A stretch of DNA of 64,000 nucleotides, taken from an uncultured SAR116 cluster alpha proteobacterium. Its GTDB lineage: Bacteria; Pseudomonadota; Alphaproteobacteria; Puniceispirillales; Marisalimonadaceae. How positions within the stretch are numbered: position 1 is the first letter of the stretch; every line of letters starts with the position of its first letter. Both the position numbers and the translations under genes were made by a program. Positions 39,785 through 48,992 of this stretch are shown here, piece by piece. The notes below the pieces were generated by a model that was not told where the DNA came from, did not search any database, and saw only the letters and a list, made by a program, of their open reading frames with translations. Where the stretch lies: assembly GCA_902618025.1 (NCBI GenBank), contig CACMYY010000003.1:542-64541 (forward strand), in the 5' to 3' direction.

Positions 39785-42268
39785 ATGCTGTTTCATTTAC
39801 AAAAAACAAATATCATTTTTATTTCATTTCTAATTTTATTCTTTATTCCAATTAAATTTTTAAATGCCCAAAGCAAAAATATTTATAGTTGGGAAAGAAT
39901 TAATTATAAGATTTCTGATATTTCACTGCATAATGATGAGCAATTAATTATAGTTGATAAAAAAAATCGAATTCGTTTAATCAACACATTTTCAAAAAAA
40001 ATTAAAAGATTTCCAGGTGAATTTAAAAAAATTTTTTTTGATAGTAAAAATATTTTTGCTATTTCTAATGAGTTTAAATTCTATAAATTAAAAAAGAGAA
40101 TTTGGAAAAGAATTAAAATTCCAAGTGACTTAAAATTTGAAAATTTAACAATTTTCAAAGATATCATTTACGCTGTAAAAGATGGTAAAATTGAAACATT
40201 CAAATCAAATGGCAAAAAAGTTAATAATAAATATCTAAATTCATTAGACAACGTAAACTATATTGGTTTCTTTGATAATGAAAATTTTATAATTCATTCT
40301 AAGAATAATGAGCTATTTTTTTATTATAAAAATAAAATTTTAGAAAAAAAAACCAATGTAAAGAAAATTTTATTTATTAATGAAAATTACATTGTTGTAT
40401 CGAAAGAAAAAAATGGAATATTTTTATTACCCACACAAGATTTAAAACAAAATTTTAAAAAGATAAATTTAAAAAAAAATTTAACCAAAATTATCATCTC
40501 TAAATCTGGAAATATTTGGGCCAGTGATGGTAAGAATATTTATGTCTCAACGTTTAAAGTAGATGATTTATTTTTTAACGAAAATAATAAAAAGTTTAAA
40601 AAAGAAAAACTTTATGCTTCTTCTCAAACCGCAACTAAATTATTTTCTGGAAAAGATGGAATTTTTAACATAGATGAGTATGGAACCTTAAATTATTGGA
40701 GCTTTAAAAAGCGCAAGTTTATTTCTTTATTAATAAAGCCTTTAGAAATAGCTAATCCTAAAAATAGCACTTTATGGCTTATAAATTCATTAGGAAGAAT
40801 CTTTTATTATAATGGAAAAAAATGGAAGCAAATAAACGGGTTGGCTCAGAGTATCAGTTCTAAAGAGAATCTTACTCTAATAGTAGACGAAAAAAAAACC
40901 TTAATGCAATTTGATAAGGGAAGAAATAAATTTTTTAAGACTAGTGTTAAAGCAGAGAAAGTTTTTGTAAAGGATGATAATAATTTTTGGATAATGGAAA
41001 AAAGTAAGTTAAAGTCGTGCAGTTTTGTAGGGAAAAAAATTTCCCTAAAAACTGTAAAATGTAAAAAACATCTAGGAAATTACCAAAGCCTAAAAATATC
41101 CGACAATAGAATATTCGCTATAACTGATAAGAGTGCTCTAAAAATTTTTAATGGTGATAAATTCATAAATTATCGAAATGGACCAAAGTTAGTTAATGAT
41201 TTAGTTGGATATAAAAATAATCTTTTGTGGTTTGTTGACCAAAAAAATAATATTTTTAAAAACTCAAATAAAACTCCCAAATATAAAAACCTTTCACATT
41301 TTGAAAGTGTTAAATTTGTTGAGAAAGATATAATAGGTAATGGTGACGTACTATTATATGGAAAAAAGTTAAAAAAAAATAAATATAAGTCAAGTGCTAG
41401 CTCTGCAAATGGTGGTTTTACTTATAAAAAAAATATGAAAAGGAATGTTATTAGTAACAATGAATCTTTTATAGATATAAGTTTTGGTATAGACGGTAGA
41501 TTATGGGCAGTATCTGATAATAATGAAGCCTTTCAATACAAAGACAAAACACAATCATTTAAGAAATATACAAGAACTAATTTTTCATCAAAAGATCAAC
41601 AATATTTTGGTTTACCTAATAGAATAGATATTAAAAGAATAACATCAGACAGTACTGGCAAAATTTGGGTAGTTAAACAAAATTCTAAATCAGTTTTTTA
41701 TCAAGATAAAATTAAGGGTAAGTATTTTGAAAAAAAACTTAAAGGTAATGCACAGAATATTAAAGATTTGGCTATTGATGCGTCAAACAATGTTTATTTA
41801 GCCGCCGGTGATATTTATAAATGGGATAAATCAAAAAAAATATTTAAAATTTATTATAAAAAAAATGGTCCTTTTTTAAAAGTTTCAAGTGGACCCACTG
41901 GCACACTATGGGTGATAAACAATAATGGAAAACTATATGAACTTATAGGAGGAAAATTAATAAAAAGACCTGGAAATCGTGATTTTACTGCAAATGACGT
42001 AGATATATCTGTTAATGGAGAAGTTTATATTACTTCAGAAGTTTTAACTATAACTTCTACAATAAGAAGACGAGGACAGCCACCAAGATCAACCACTCAA
42101 GTCCTTAAGTGTTTTTTGTACAAATACAATGCTAGCAAAAACACCATTGAGCACGCGTTTGATGCAAATGATATTTTTTCAGAGATAGTTACCGTTTCAA
42201 GAGAGGGAAGTCCCTGGTATACTAGTCCAGAATGTCAAAACAAGAACGTTTTTTATGGAACAAAATAA
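39785..42268 (+). CDS. Secreted multi-blade beta-propeller protein (tectonin/Hyd_WA-like repeats)
   Basis: Signal peptide ending LNA; repeated blades such as LWLINSLGRIFYYNGKKWKQING, DISFGIDGRLWAV, VSSGPTGTLWVINNNG. Confidence 0.65.
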   Translation: MLFHLQKTNIIFISFLILFFIPIKFLNAQSKNIYSWERINYKISDISLHNDEQLIIVDKKNRIRLINTFSKKIKRFPGEFKKIFFDSKNIFAISNEFKFYKLKKRIWKRIKIPSDLKFENLTIFKDIIYAVKDGKIETFKSNGKKVNNKYLNSLDNVNYIGFFDNENFIIHSKNNELFFYYKNKILEKKTNVKKILFINENYIVVSKEKNGIFLLPTQDLKQNFKKINLKKNLTKIIISKSGNIWASDGKNIYVSTFKVDDLFFNENNKKFKKEKLYASSQTATKLFSGKDGIFNIDEYGTLNYWSFKKRKFISLLIKPLEIANPKNSTLWLINSLGRIFYYNGKKWKQINGLAQSISSKENLTLIVDEKKTLMQFDKGRNKFFKTSVKAEKVFVKDDNNFWIMEKSKLKSCSFVGKKISLKTVKCKKHLGNYQSLKISDNRIFAITDKSALKIFNGDKFINYRNGPKLVNDLVGYKNNLLWFVDQKNNIFKNSNKTPKYKNLSHFESVKFVEKDIIGNGDVLLYGKKLKKNKYKSSASSANGGFTYKKNMKRNVISNNESFIDISFGIDGRLWAVSDNNEAFQYKDKTQSFKKYTRTNFSSKDQQYFGLPNRIDIKRITSDSTGKIWVVKQNSKSVFYQDKIKGKYFEKKLKGNAQNIKDLAIDASNNVYLAAGDIYKWDKSKKIFKIYYKKNGPFLKVSSGPTGTLWVINNNGKLYELIGGKLIKRPGNRDFTANDVDISVNGEVYITSEVLTITSTIRRRGQPPRSTTQVLKCFLYKYNASKNTIEHAFDANDIFSEIVTVSREGSPWYTSPECQNKNVFYGTK

Positions 42269-42436
42269 TCTCATAATAATATTACCGTTGTAAAAAAACT
42301 TAATTATTTTATTTGCAACAAAAATCAATTTAAATATGCAAATTCTTGCATCATATTTTTATAAAAGATTTTTGTATTAATTTTATAAAGGTTGAATTTA
42401 ACCATAATTTTACTAAATATAATTAATGAATATCTC

Positions 42437-42458
42437 ATATGAAACCTATATGAAACCT
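42437..42458. repeat. Perfect 11-bp tandem direct repeat ATATGAAACCT x2
   Basis: Seen directly in the intergenic region upstream of the VOC gene. Confidence 0.8.
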
Positions 42459-42542
42459 TTTATAAAATCACAAATCAAATTATATGTTTGTCTCAGCAAT
42501 TTTTAACTTTTTCAATAATTAAAATAATATGAAAGGATTTTA

Positions 42543-43082
42543 ATGAATAGTATAATTCAAGCTCAAGGGATACATCATATCACTTTAAATGGAGCTGATA
42601 AAAAAACTTCTATTGATTTCTGGCAAAATATACTTGGGATGAAATTTATTTTTGAACAACCAAATTTAGATGACTTAAATACAAATCATTTATACTTTGA
42701 CTGTGGGGACGGAACTACTGTAACAGTTTTTACTAATGAAAATCTAATACCAGATAAAAATAAATTAAAAAATGAATGTGGAGGCGTCCATCACGTTGCT
42801 TTCTGGGTGAGTCAAAGCACTATTCGAATAGCTGAGAAAAACTTAAGTGATAATGGTTTTGCAAATACTGGTATCAAAGATAGAGGTTTTATGGATTCAC
42901 TTTATTTTAGAGAACCATTAGGTTTACTTATTGAACTAGCAAGCTATAAATTCGATCCACCTATAGGATTTACTCATGCTAATGTTTTAGAAGAAGCACA
43001 TAAATTAAGAATTAAAAGAAAAGCCTTAAATATTCAAGATGAAGACATTGCAAGTGCTATAAAAAAACTAAGACAAAAATAA
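42543..43082 (+). CDS. VOC/glyoxalase family protein
   Basis: GIHHITL, HLYFD, HHVAF, DRGFMDSLYFREPLGLLIELA. Confidence 0.9.
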   Translation: MNSIIQAQGIHHITLNGADKKTSIDFWQNILGMKFIFEQPNLDDLNTNHLYFDCGDGTTVTVFTNENLIPDKNKLKNECGGVHHVAFWVSQSTIRIAEKNLSDNGFANTGIKDRGFMDSLYFREPLGLLIELASYKFDPPIGFTHANVLEEAHKLRIKRKALNIQDEDIASAIKKLRQK

Positions 43083-43104
43083 TTTAATTTATGAAAAATA
43101 AAAG

Positions 43105-43320
43105 ATGTTGAATAATATATTAAAATTTTTTGATGATTTTTCCAAAAATAGGAAAACAAGGGAAAAGATTATCATAAAAACTTTTGCTAAAGATAATGTT
43201 GATCTAGATTATGCAAATAGATGGAATACTCCACTTTTTAAAAAAAAAGTTAAAACAAAGAATATGTTAATAATAAATTCTTTTTTAATTTGCTTAATAA
43301 TATTTTTAATTTTCAAATAA
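43105..43320 (+). CDS. Hypothetical small membrane protein
   Basis: 71 aa, C-terminal hydrophobic helix. Confidence 0.5.
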   Translation: MLNNILKFFDDFSKNRKTREKIIIKTFAKDNVDLDYANRWNTPLFKKKVKTKNMLIINSFLICLIIFLIFK

Positions 43321-43520
43321 ACATTCAAAAAACTTTAATTATAATTGGAATAATCTTACTAATTTTAGTGCTATTATATCCTTACATTAGAAAATTAGGT
43401 TTAGGACAACTACCAGGTGACATATTATTTAAAATTAGTAATTCTACTTTTTCCTTTCCTATAAGGACTTGTTTAATAATTAGTATTATTTTAACAATTA
43501 TTTTTAATCTTTTTAAATAA
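43290..43520 (+). CDS. DUF2905-like small membrane protein (start codon uncertain)
   Basis: LGQLPGDI...FPI.TCLIISIILT signature. Confidence 0.7.
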   Translation: MLNNIFNFQINIQKTLIIIGIILLILVLLYPYIRKLGLGQLPGDILFKISNSTFSFPIRTCLIISIILTIIFNLFK

Positions 43521-43536
43521 TTAGAATAACCTAATA

Positions 43537-43944
43537 TCAAGGTTTAACGGTTTTTAGTTTGTGATCAATCCACGAGGTGATTCCACCTTTTGCGTTGTAT
43601 ATAATACTTTCAAATTTTTTATCCATCATCTCAGCAATTATCTTAGTTCTCCTGCCGGTTCGGCAAATTAAAATAATAGGTTCCCCTTCATTTATTTTTA
43701 AACTTAATTGTTTATACCACTCATCAAAGTTATAATTTCCCTTTTTATCAAAAAAAGTTAACAAAATACTGTTAGGAACAATTCCAGTTTGGTCCCATTC
43801 AGAACTTCTTCTTACATCCACAATTGGAATATTTATTTTGGATAATTCTTTAATTTGTTGATTATTAACATTTACAATTTCTGCAAATGTAGTTTTAACA
43901 ATTAACAAAAAACAAATACAACTTAGGCAAATTCTAACTAACAT
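43537..43944 (-). CDS. Rhodanese-like domain protein, secreted
   Basis: VDVRRSSEWDQTG, ICRTGRRT, GGITSW. Confidence 0.88.
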   Translation of the reverse strand: MLVRICLSCICFLLIVKTTFAEIVNVNNQQIKELSKINIPIVDVRRSSEWDQTGIVPNSILLTFFDKKGNYNFDEWYKQLSLKINEGEPIILICRTGRRTKIIAEMMDKKFESIIYNAKGGITSWIDHKLKTVKP

Positions 43945-43990
43945 CCTGCTTCACTTTCTATTAAAAATAATACTTAACTAAAACACACAA

Positions 43991-44323
43991 TTAATAATTA
44001 AAATCAAGCATATTGATTGACCTACTAGAGGTTCGTTTCATATTGACTTTATTAAAATAATTTTCGTGCTCTTTTTGAAATTTTTTTATTTCTTCAATAC
44101 TTTTTTCAAAAGCTTTTTGGTCCCTATATTCAAAAATTGAGGATAAGGCAAAGCCTCCAGCTTTATTCCATATTTGGTTAACTCTCCAGCGAATTAATCC
44201 ATGTTTTTTTAATTTCTTATAAAATTCATCTCCATGTTTTTCCATGAGGTGAAGAAAAGACTCCATTTCAATTTCTGTAGAAAAATCATTAATTGTATAA
44301 CTAATTAATTTTGCATCAGTCAT
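43991..44323 (-). CDS. Hypothetical protein (probable dimeric alpha+beta barrel)
   Basis: 110 aa with RBS AAGGA; WNK.G...FEYRDQKAF. Confidence 0.65.
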   Translation of the reverse strand: MTDAKLISYTINDFSTEIEMESFLHLMEKHGDEFYKKLKKHGLIRWRVNQIWNKAGGFALSSIFEYRDQKAFEKSIEEIKKFQKEHENYFNKVNMKRTSSRSINMLDFNY

Positions 44324-44380
44324 ATTTATAGAGTTTCCTTTAATAAAGATTTGATATTTTAATAAAATTAAATTTTTATT

Positions 44381-44666
44381 TTATCCTGATGCAAATGTTT
44401 CGCCAGCATGACTGCTAATCATAACATTATCAAATTCTTCAGAAGCTTGTTCTCTAACACCTGCAATTTTGTCTGTAGCTTCTTTTGCTACAACTCCATT
44501 TGGCCATTCTGTTATTACCATAAATTTTAACTCTTCAGTTTTACACATTTTTACTGAATTTGCACCTAGTGATAATATCATAGGGACATATTTTTCTGTT
44601 GCTTTCGCTTCATCTTCTTTGTTCCAAGATTTTGCTTCCCAATGGGATACTGTAAAAAAACGACAT
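44381..44666 (-). pseudogene. Small hypothetical gene with +1 frameshift in a T7 run after codon 2 (or sequencing error)
   Basis: GAGG RBS and ATG at 44666; ATG TCG TTTTTTT ACA; removing one T fuses it to ORF 44381..44581; span 286 = 3n+1. Confidence 0.7.
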
Positions 44667-44737
44667 TTTATTACCTCTCAAGTATATATTATTATCCTAG
44701 ATTAGATATGTGAAACTGAAAAATAAAGTCAATAATC

Positions 44738-45547
44738 TTATTTGTTCAATTCTTTTAAAAAATGCTTAATTTTATCATAAATTTTAAATTCATAGAGATT
44801 GTTGTGACCTGCACCATTCACAAATATAGCTTTTTTTGGTTCTGGTGCATACTCAAAAACTTTTTTACCAAAATTGATACTAATTACATTATCCTTTTCA
44901 CCATGAATAACTAGTAATGGTGATTTAATATTTTTTATTATACTGAATATATCAAACCTATCTAATACAAGTAATTTAGCAGGAAGATACCAATAATGAC
45001 GAGATGCAACATCAGCAATTGATGTGTATGGAGCTTCTAGTATTGTTGCTCTAAATGTATTTTGTGTAGAAAGTTTTACAGCCAAGCCACATCCTAGAGA
45101 CTCTCCATATATAATAATTTTATTTTTAGGTATATTTTGTTCAGACAAGAAATTCATAGCTGCTTGTCCATCTTTATAAAAACCTTTCTCCGATGGTTTT
45201 CCAGAATTTTCACCATAACCTCGATACTCAACTAAAAATAATCCATGTCCTTCTTCTAAAAATGGTCTGAATTTTTCAACTCTGTGTCCAACATGACCTG
45301 CATTACCATGAAATACCATTATTATGCTTTTTTCATTGGTAGATGGTTTCTTAAATAAAGACTTAAGTACCAATCCATCAGAAGTTATAAATTCAATTTT
45401 TTTTAGTCCTGTTTTAGCATAATAAGATTGATCTATTTTTCCCTTGGAAGGAAGATATAATAAAGATCTTTGAAGCATAAACATTATCAAAATGATAATT
45501 AAATAAAAACATATAGCATAAATTATGAATGTTTTTATATTTGTCAT
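44738..45547 (-). CDS. Alpha/beta hydrolase (ABHD13/Bem46-like), N-terminal TM
   Basis: FHGNAG, EYRGYG, GESLG, HGEKD, GHNN. Confidence 0.9.
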   Translation of the reverse strand: MTNIKTFIIYAICFYLIIILIMFMLQRSLLYLPSKGKIDQSYYAKTGLKKIEFITSDGLVLKSLFKKPSTNEKSIIMVFHGNAGHVGHRVEKFRPFLEEGHGLFLVEYRGYGENSGKPSEKGFYKDGQAAMNFLSEQNIPKNKIIIYGESLGCGLAVKLSTQNTFRATILEAPYTSIADVASRHYWYLPAKLLVLDRFDIFSIIKNIKSPLLVIHGEKDNVISINFGKKVFEYAPEPKKAIFVNGAGHNNLYEFKIYDKIKHFLKELNK

Positions 45548-45581
45548 TTATTTTCTTTGCTAGAATTTACATATAAAAAAT

Positions 45582-46178
45582 CTAATCTAGATTAAAACCA
45601 TATTTTTTAAAAATATTTTTAAAACTATTGGTGTAGTTTTGAAACTCTTCTTTTTCTAAATTAAAAATTTCTTTTTTGCACTTGAGAGTTTGTTGTGATT
45701 CTCTTATTTCTCCTTTCTTTGCATTGATAAAGTCATAATAATAAGCTGTATTATCAGGTTTTATAACTATCATGTAATTATTTAATTTTCGACCACCCCA
45801 CATAAATGAATTATTAATGCCATTTACTTCATGGAATGCTGGGAACATTTCTTCATTAGATTCTAATGTTAATGCACCTAAGGAAATATCAGCAGATTTG
45901 TAATTAGGAAAATAACCAACATTCAAGACTGGTTTTAAAAGAAAAAAAGTTCCACATTCCCATTCCACAAATTTAATTAGAGTATTATTCGAGTTGGAGT
46001 TTATTTTGCTCTTCCTAAAATTTTGATTTCTTAAAGATGTTTTTGTTTTTTCTGATTTGATTATGCTTACAACCTTATTTGAAGCATTTGATACTCTATC
46101 TGAGATTGATGATATATTATCTGTAGCCTTGCAAGCAAACAATGTAAAAGATAAGAATATTACAACGTAAATTTTCAT
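45582..46178 (-). CDS. Hypothetical lipoprotein
   Basis: Lipobox LFAC after hydrophobic stretch. Confidence 0.65.
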   Translation of the reverse strand: MKIYVVIFLSFTLFACKATDNISSISDRVSNASNKVVSIIKSEKTKTSLRNQNFRKSKINSNSNNTLIKFVEWECGTFFLLKPVLNVGYFPNYKSADISLGALTLESNEEMFPAFHEVNGINNSFMWGGRKLNNYMIVIKPDNTAYYYDFINAKKGEIRESQQTLKCKKEIFNLEKEEFQNYTNSFKNIFKKYGFNLD

Positions 46179-46225
46179 TTTTTTAAGTTATCATTTTTAA
46201 TCAGTTTTCTCAAAATTTTGTTTAA

Positions 46226-46621
46226 TCAATTTCCTTTTCCTATATGTGCAATACCTTCAATTTCAACATATATTTTAGGTGTTGCTAGTTTTGAAACTTC
46301 TACCAATGAACATGCTGGAAAATTACCGCTAAAAAACTCAGACCTTGCTTTCCAGACTCGTTTGTTGTTTTCAATCCGAGTAACAAAAATTGTAAGTTTG
46401 GTAAAGTCTGCCATTTTGCCTCCCGCAGCCTCAATTAAAGCTTTGTGTTTCTGGAAAATAATTTTAGTTTGTTCATATTCATCTTTCCCATCAATTGTTA
46501 CTCCATCAGCGTTTCGCGATGTCAAACCCGCAATATATGCGATACCGTCGCACACTATACAATTTGACCATAATTTAGGTGCTGGTTCTTTTACCTTTGG
46601 ACTTGTATAACGTGTAATCAT
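46226..46621 (-). CDS. RidA/YjgF family protein
   Basis: YIAG, EQT, FPACSLVEVSKL, VEIEG. Confidence 0.88.
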   Translation of the reverse strand: MITRYTSPKVKEPAPKLWSNCIVCDGIAYIAGLTSRNADGVTIDGKDEYEQTKIIFQKHKALIEAAGGKMADFTKLTIFVTRIENNKRVWKARSEFFSGNFPACSLVEVSKLATPKIYVEIEGIAHIGKGN

Positions 46622-46657
46622 TTTTAAATCCTTTCATTTTTTTGAATAATAGTTAAA

Positions 46658-47065
46658 TCAACTACTTTCATGATTAAATTCTTTGTCTATTGGTACTTTC
46701 AGTCCGTTTAATAAATGGTTTGTTCTTCCTGCAAGCGATACGATTGACAAGAATTCTGCGTATTGTTTATCAGTCATCCCTTTTGATCTTGCTGCAGCAG
46801 TGTGAGAATGTATACAATATTCACAGCTATTGGCGATAGAAACAGCTGTATAGATTAGTTCTTTTGTGAGAGGATCAAGATGACTTGGTTTTGTCATTAC
46901 TTCTTTAACGTCATGCCATGTCGCTTCAAGTAGTTCAGTATCAAATGCAAGATAATACCACAAATTATTTATAAAATCACTTTTACGTGTGGCACGAATA
47001 TCGTCGAAAACTGCTTTAATACGAGGGTTTGTCTCTGGATCCCGATGTGATGTTATTGTGGACAT
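46658..47065 (-). CDS. Carboxymuconolactone decarboxylase/AhpD family
   Basis: KELIY.AVS..NSCEYCIHSH. Confidence 0.9.
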   Translation of the reverse strand: MSTITSHRDPETNPRIKAVFDDIRATRKSDFINNLWYYLAFDTELLEATWHDVKEVMTKPSHLDPLTKELIYTAVSIANSCEYCIHSHTAAARSKGMTDKQYAEFLSIVSLAGRTNHLLNGLKVPIDKEFNHESS

Positions 47066-47148
47066 AAGTTAACCTTTCTTTGAAAAATTTCAATTGTAGA
47101 TTACAATAGATTAATATCGATTTAATTTAAATTTCAATAGGAATAAAA

Positions 47149-48108
47149 ATGACTGCAAATGTTGCTATTATTGGCCTAGGTATAATGGGAACTCGAATGC
47201 TTCAACATATGAGAAAACATCAAAAATTTAACCCTAATTATTTATGGGACCCTAACCCAATTGCTTGTGAAAAAGCTAAAAAACAAGATAGTGAAACTAA
47301 AATTATGAAAAATGCTGATGAAGCTATAGAAAAGGCTGATTTGGTTTATTTAGCTTGTCCTCCTACTGTAAGACAGACGTATGCCTTGAAAACAGTAGAA
47401 ATGGGTAAAGCCCTTTTTATAGAAAAACCTTTTGGTGTAAATATTAAAGATAGCAAAAACTTTATAAAAAAACTTCAAAATTATGATGTTCCCATAGCTG
47501 TTAATTTCACACAAGCAGCGGGTATAGCTTTAAAAGATTTGTTGGATAGCAAAAACAATGGTGAAATGGGTGAAATACTTGGGGTTGATATTATAGTTAC
47601 ATATTCTTCTTGGCCACGTCAATGGCAAAAAGAAGCCGATTGGTTAAGGTTCAAAAAAGAGGGTGGTATGACAAGAGAAGTAATATCTCATTTTCTTTTT
47701 TTTACTGAACGTGTGGTAGGGCCTCTAAAAGTAATATGGGCTCACACTTCTTATCCAACAGACCCACTTTTGTGTGAAACAGCTGTTCTAGCTAAACTAG
47801 AGAATAAGGATGGTTTGCCAGTAAATATATTCGCAAGTATTGGGGGAGTTCAACCTGATCGTCAAGAATTTACTATTAAAGGATCAAAAAAAAGTAGAAA
47901 AGTAGCAGAATTTTATAAAGATTCAGTATCGGTGGGTGACAACTTCATTCCTCTTAGGGAAGAACCCACGGATCCACGAGCCGTGAGTTTAAAATCACAA
48001 CTTGATCATTTAGAATTTAAAATAAATAATAAACCAAATAGTTTAGCTACAATTGATGAGGCATTTAGAGTACAAAAATTAGTAGAAAAAATATTATCAA
48101 AAAAATAA
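47149..48108 (+). CDS. Gfo/Idh/MocA family oxidoreductase
   Basis: IIGLGIMG, ACPP, EKP, GG..REVISH. Confidence 0.88.
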   Translation: MTANVAIIGLGIMGTRMLQHMRKHQKFNPNYLWDPNPIACEKAKKQDSETKIMKNADEAIEKADLVYLACPPTVRQTYALKTVEMGKALFIEKPFGVNIKDSKNFIKKLQNYDVPIAVNFTQAAGIALKDLLDSKNNGEMGEILGVDIIVTYSSWPRQWQKEADWLRFKKEGGMTREVISHFLFFTERVVGPLKVIWAHTSYPTDPLLCETAVLAKLENKDGLPVNIFASIGGVQPDRQEFTIKGSKKSRKVAEFYKDSVSVGDNFIPLREEPTDPRAVSLKSQLDHLEFKINNKPNSLATIDEAFRVQKLVEKILSKK

Positions 48109-48136
48109 ATCAAATAAAAACTTTCTGGGGCTTAAC

Positions 48137-48577
48137 ATGAAAAATATTTTAATTTTAATTTTTTTTATTTGTATAAGTTTTGGTACAAAAGCAAATGTTA
48201 GAACATTAGAAATTGGTTCGCTTTATTATCAATGTAAACCGTACCAGGATGTGGATTTTAATTTTGAAAAACTTTCTCAATCTGATCAAGTTAAAGCAAT
48301 GATATGCATAACTACGTTGATTGGTATAGTCAATACTGGATATAACTTGTGTCAATCATTAAGGTGGTATTATAAAGATGCTAATAATGATTCAAAAAAA
48401 ATTTTGAAAGGTTTATCATCTTGGTATGCTAATGAATTAGTGGAAAGTGAAAATAAACTAATAATGGGTTTTAATAAGTGGGCTGAAAAAAATCAACATC
48501 TTTGGAAAGAATTCGTAACCGGGGTTCCTTTTAAAAGAGATTATATGGCAAAAAATTATTATTGTAATTTGCAATAA
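48137..48577 (+). CDS. Secreted Cys-containing hypothetical protein (Rap1a/Tai-like pattern)
   Basis: Signal peptide; LYYQC...CITTLIG...FNKWAEKN...YYC. Confidence 0.55.
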   Translation: MKNILILIFFICISFGTKANVRTLEIGSLYYQCKPYQDVDFNFEKLSQSDQVKAMICITTLIGIVNTGYNLCQSLRWYYKDANNDSKKILKGLSSWYANELVESENKLIMGFNKWAEKNQHLWKEFVTGVPFKRDYMAKNYYCNLQ

Positions 48578-48602
48578 AACTTATTCAACATGAGGTTGAT
48601 GA

Positions 48603-48827
48603 ATGAAACATGAAATGAATGAAGGTCGTCCTAAGTCGTGGGATAAGACAAAACGTGTTTATGAGATATTATACCCAAATGGTAAAAAGGAAATATGGAA
48701 AGATATTACGGCTCGTGAGTGTCTTACAAAATATGAAAATATGGACCCACATGGCAAAGAACTTAAATTAAGAGAAATAGAAGGAAAAGAATTACAATTA
48801 CTTAAGGTTATGGAGAACAACAAATAA
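48603..48827 (+). CDS. Hypothetical protein
   Basis: 74 aa ORF with GAGG RBS. Confidence 0.6.
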   Translation: MKHEMNEGRPKSWDKTKRVYEILYPNGKKEIWKDITARECLTKYENMDPHGKELKLREIEGKELQLLKVMENNK

Positions 48828-48992
48828 ATAAACTTTATATTGAATTAATAAATGTGTGTTTTCAACTTAGTCTGTAAATTTCTTACAATTTAAAAATAAT
48901 CTCTAATAATAAACAACCCCCTACACAATATAGCACAACAAATTAGAACTCTTTTTTGTTTATCTGACATGTGCTATCCTTTAATAAATTAA

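Noticed and set aside
43105-43320. Similar N-termini of adjacent ORFs (MLNNILKF / MLNNIFNF) as a duplication
   Set aside because: Short match in extremely AT-rich sequence, and the second start is probably not real.
44469-44705. 78-aa plus-strand ORF
   Set aside because: Antisense to the frameshifted minus-strand gene, which has the RBS and protein-like composition.
46218-46610. 130-aa plus-strand ORF
   Set aside because: Fully antisense to the RidA gene.
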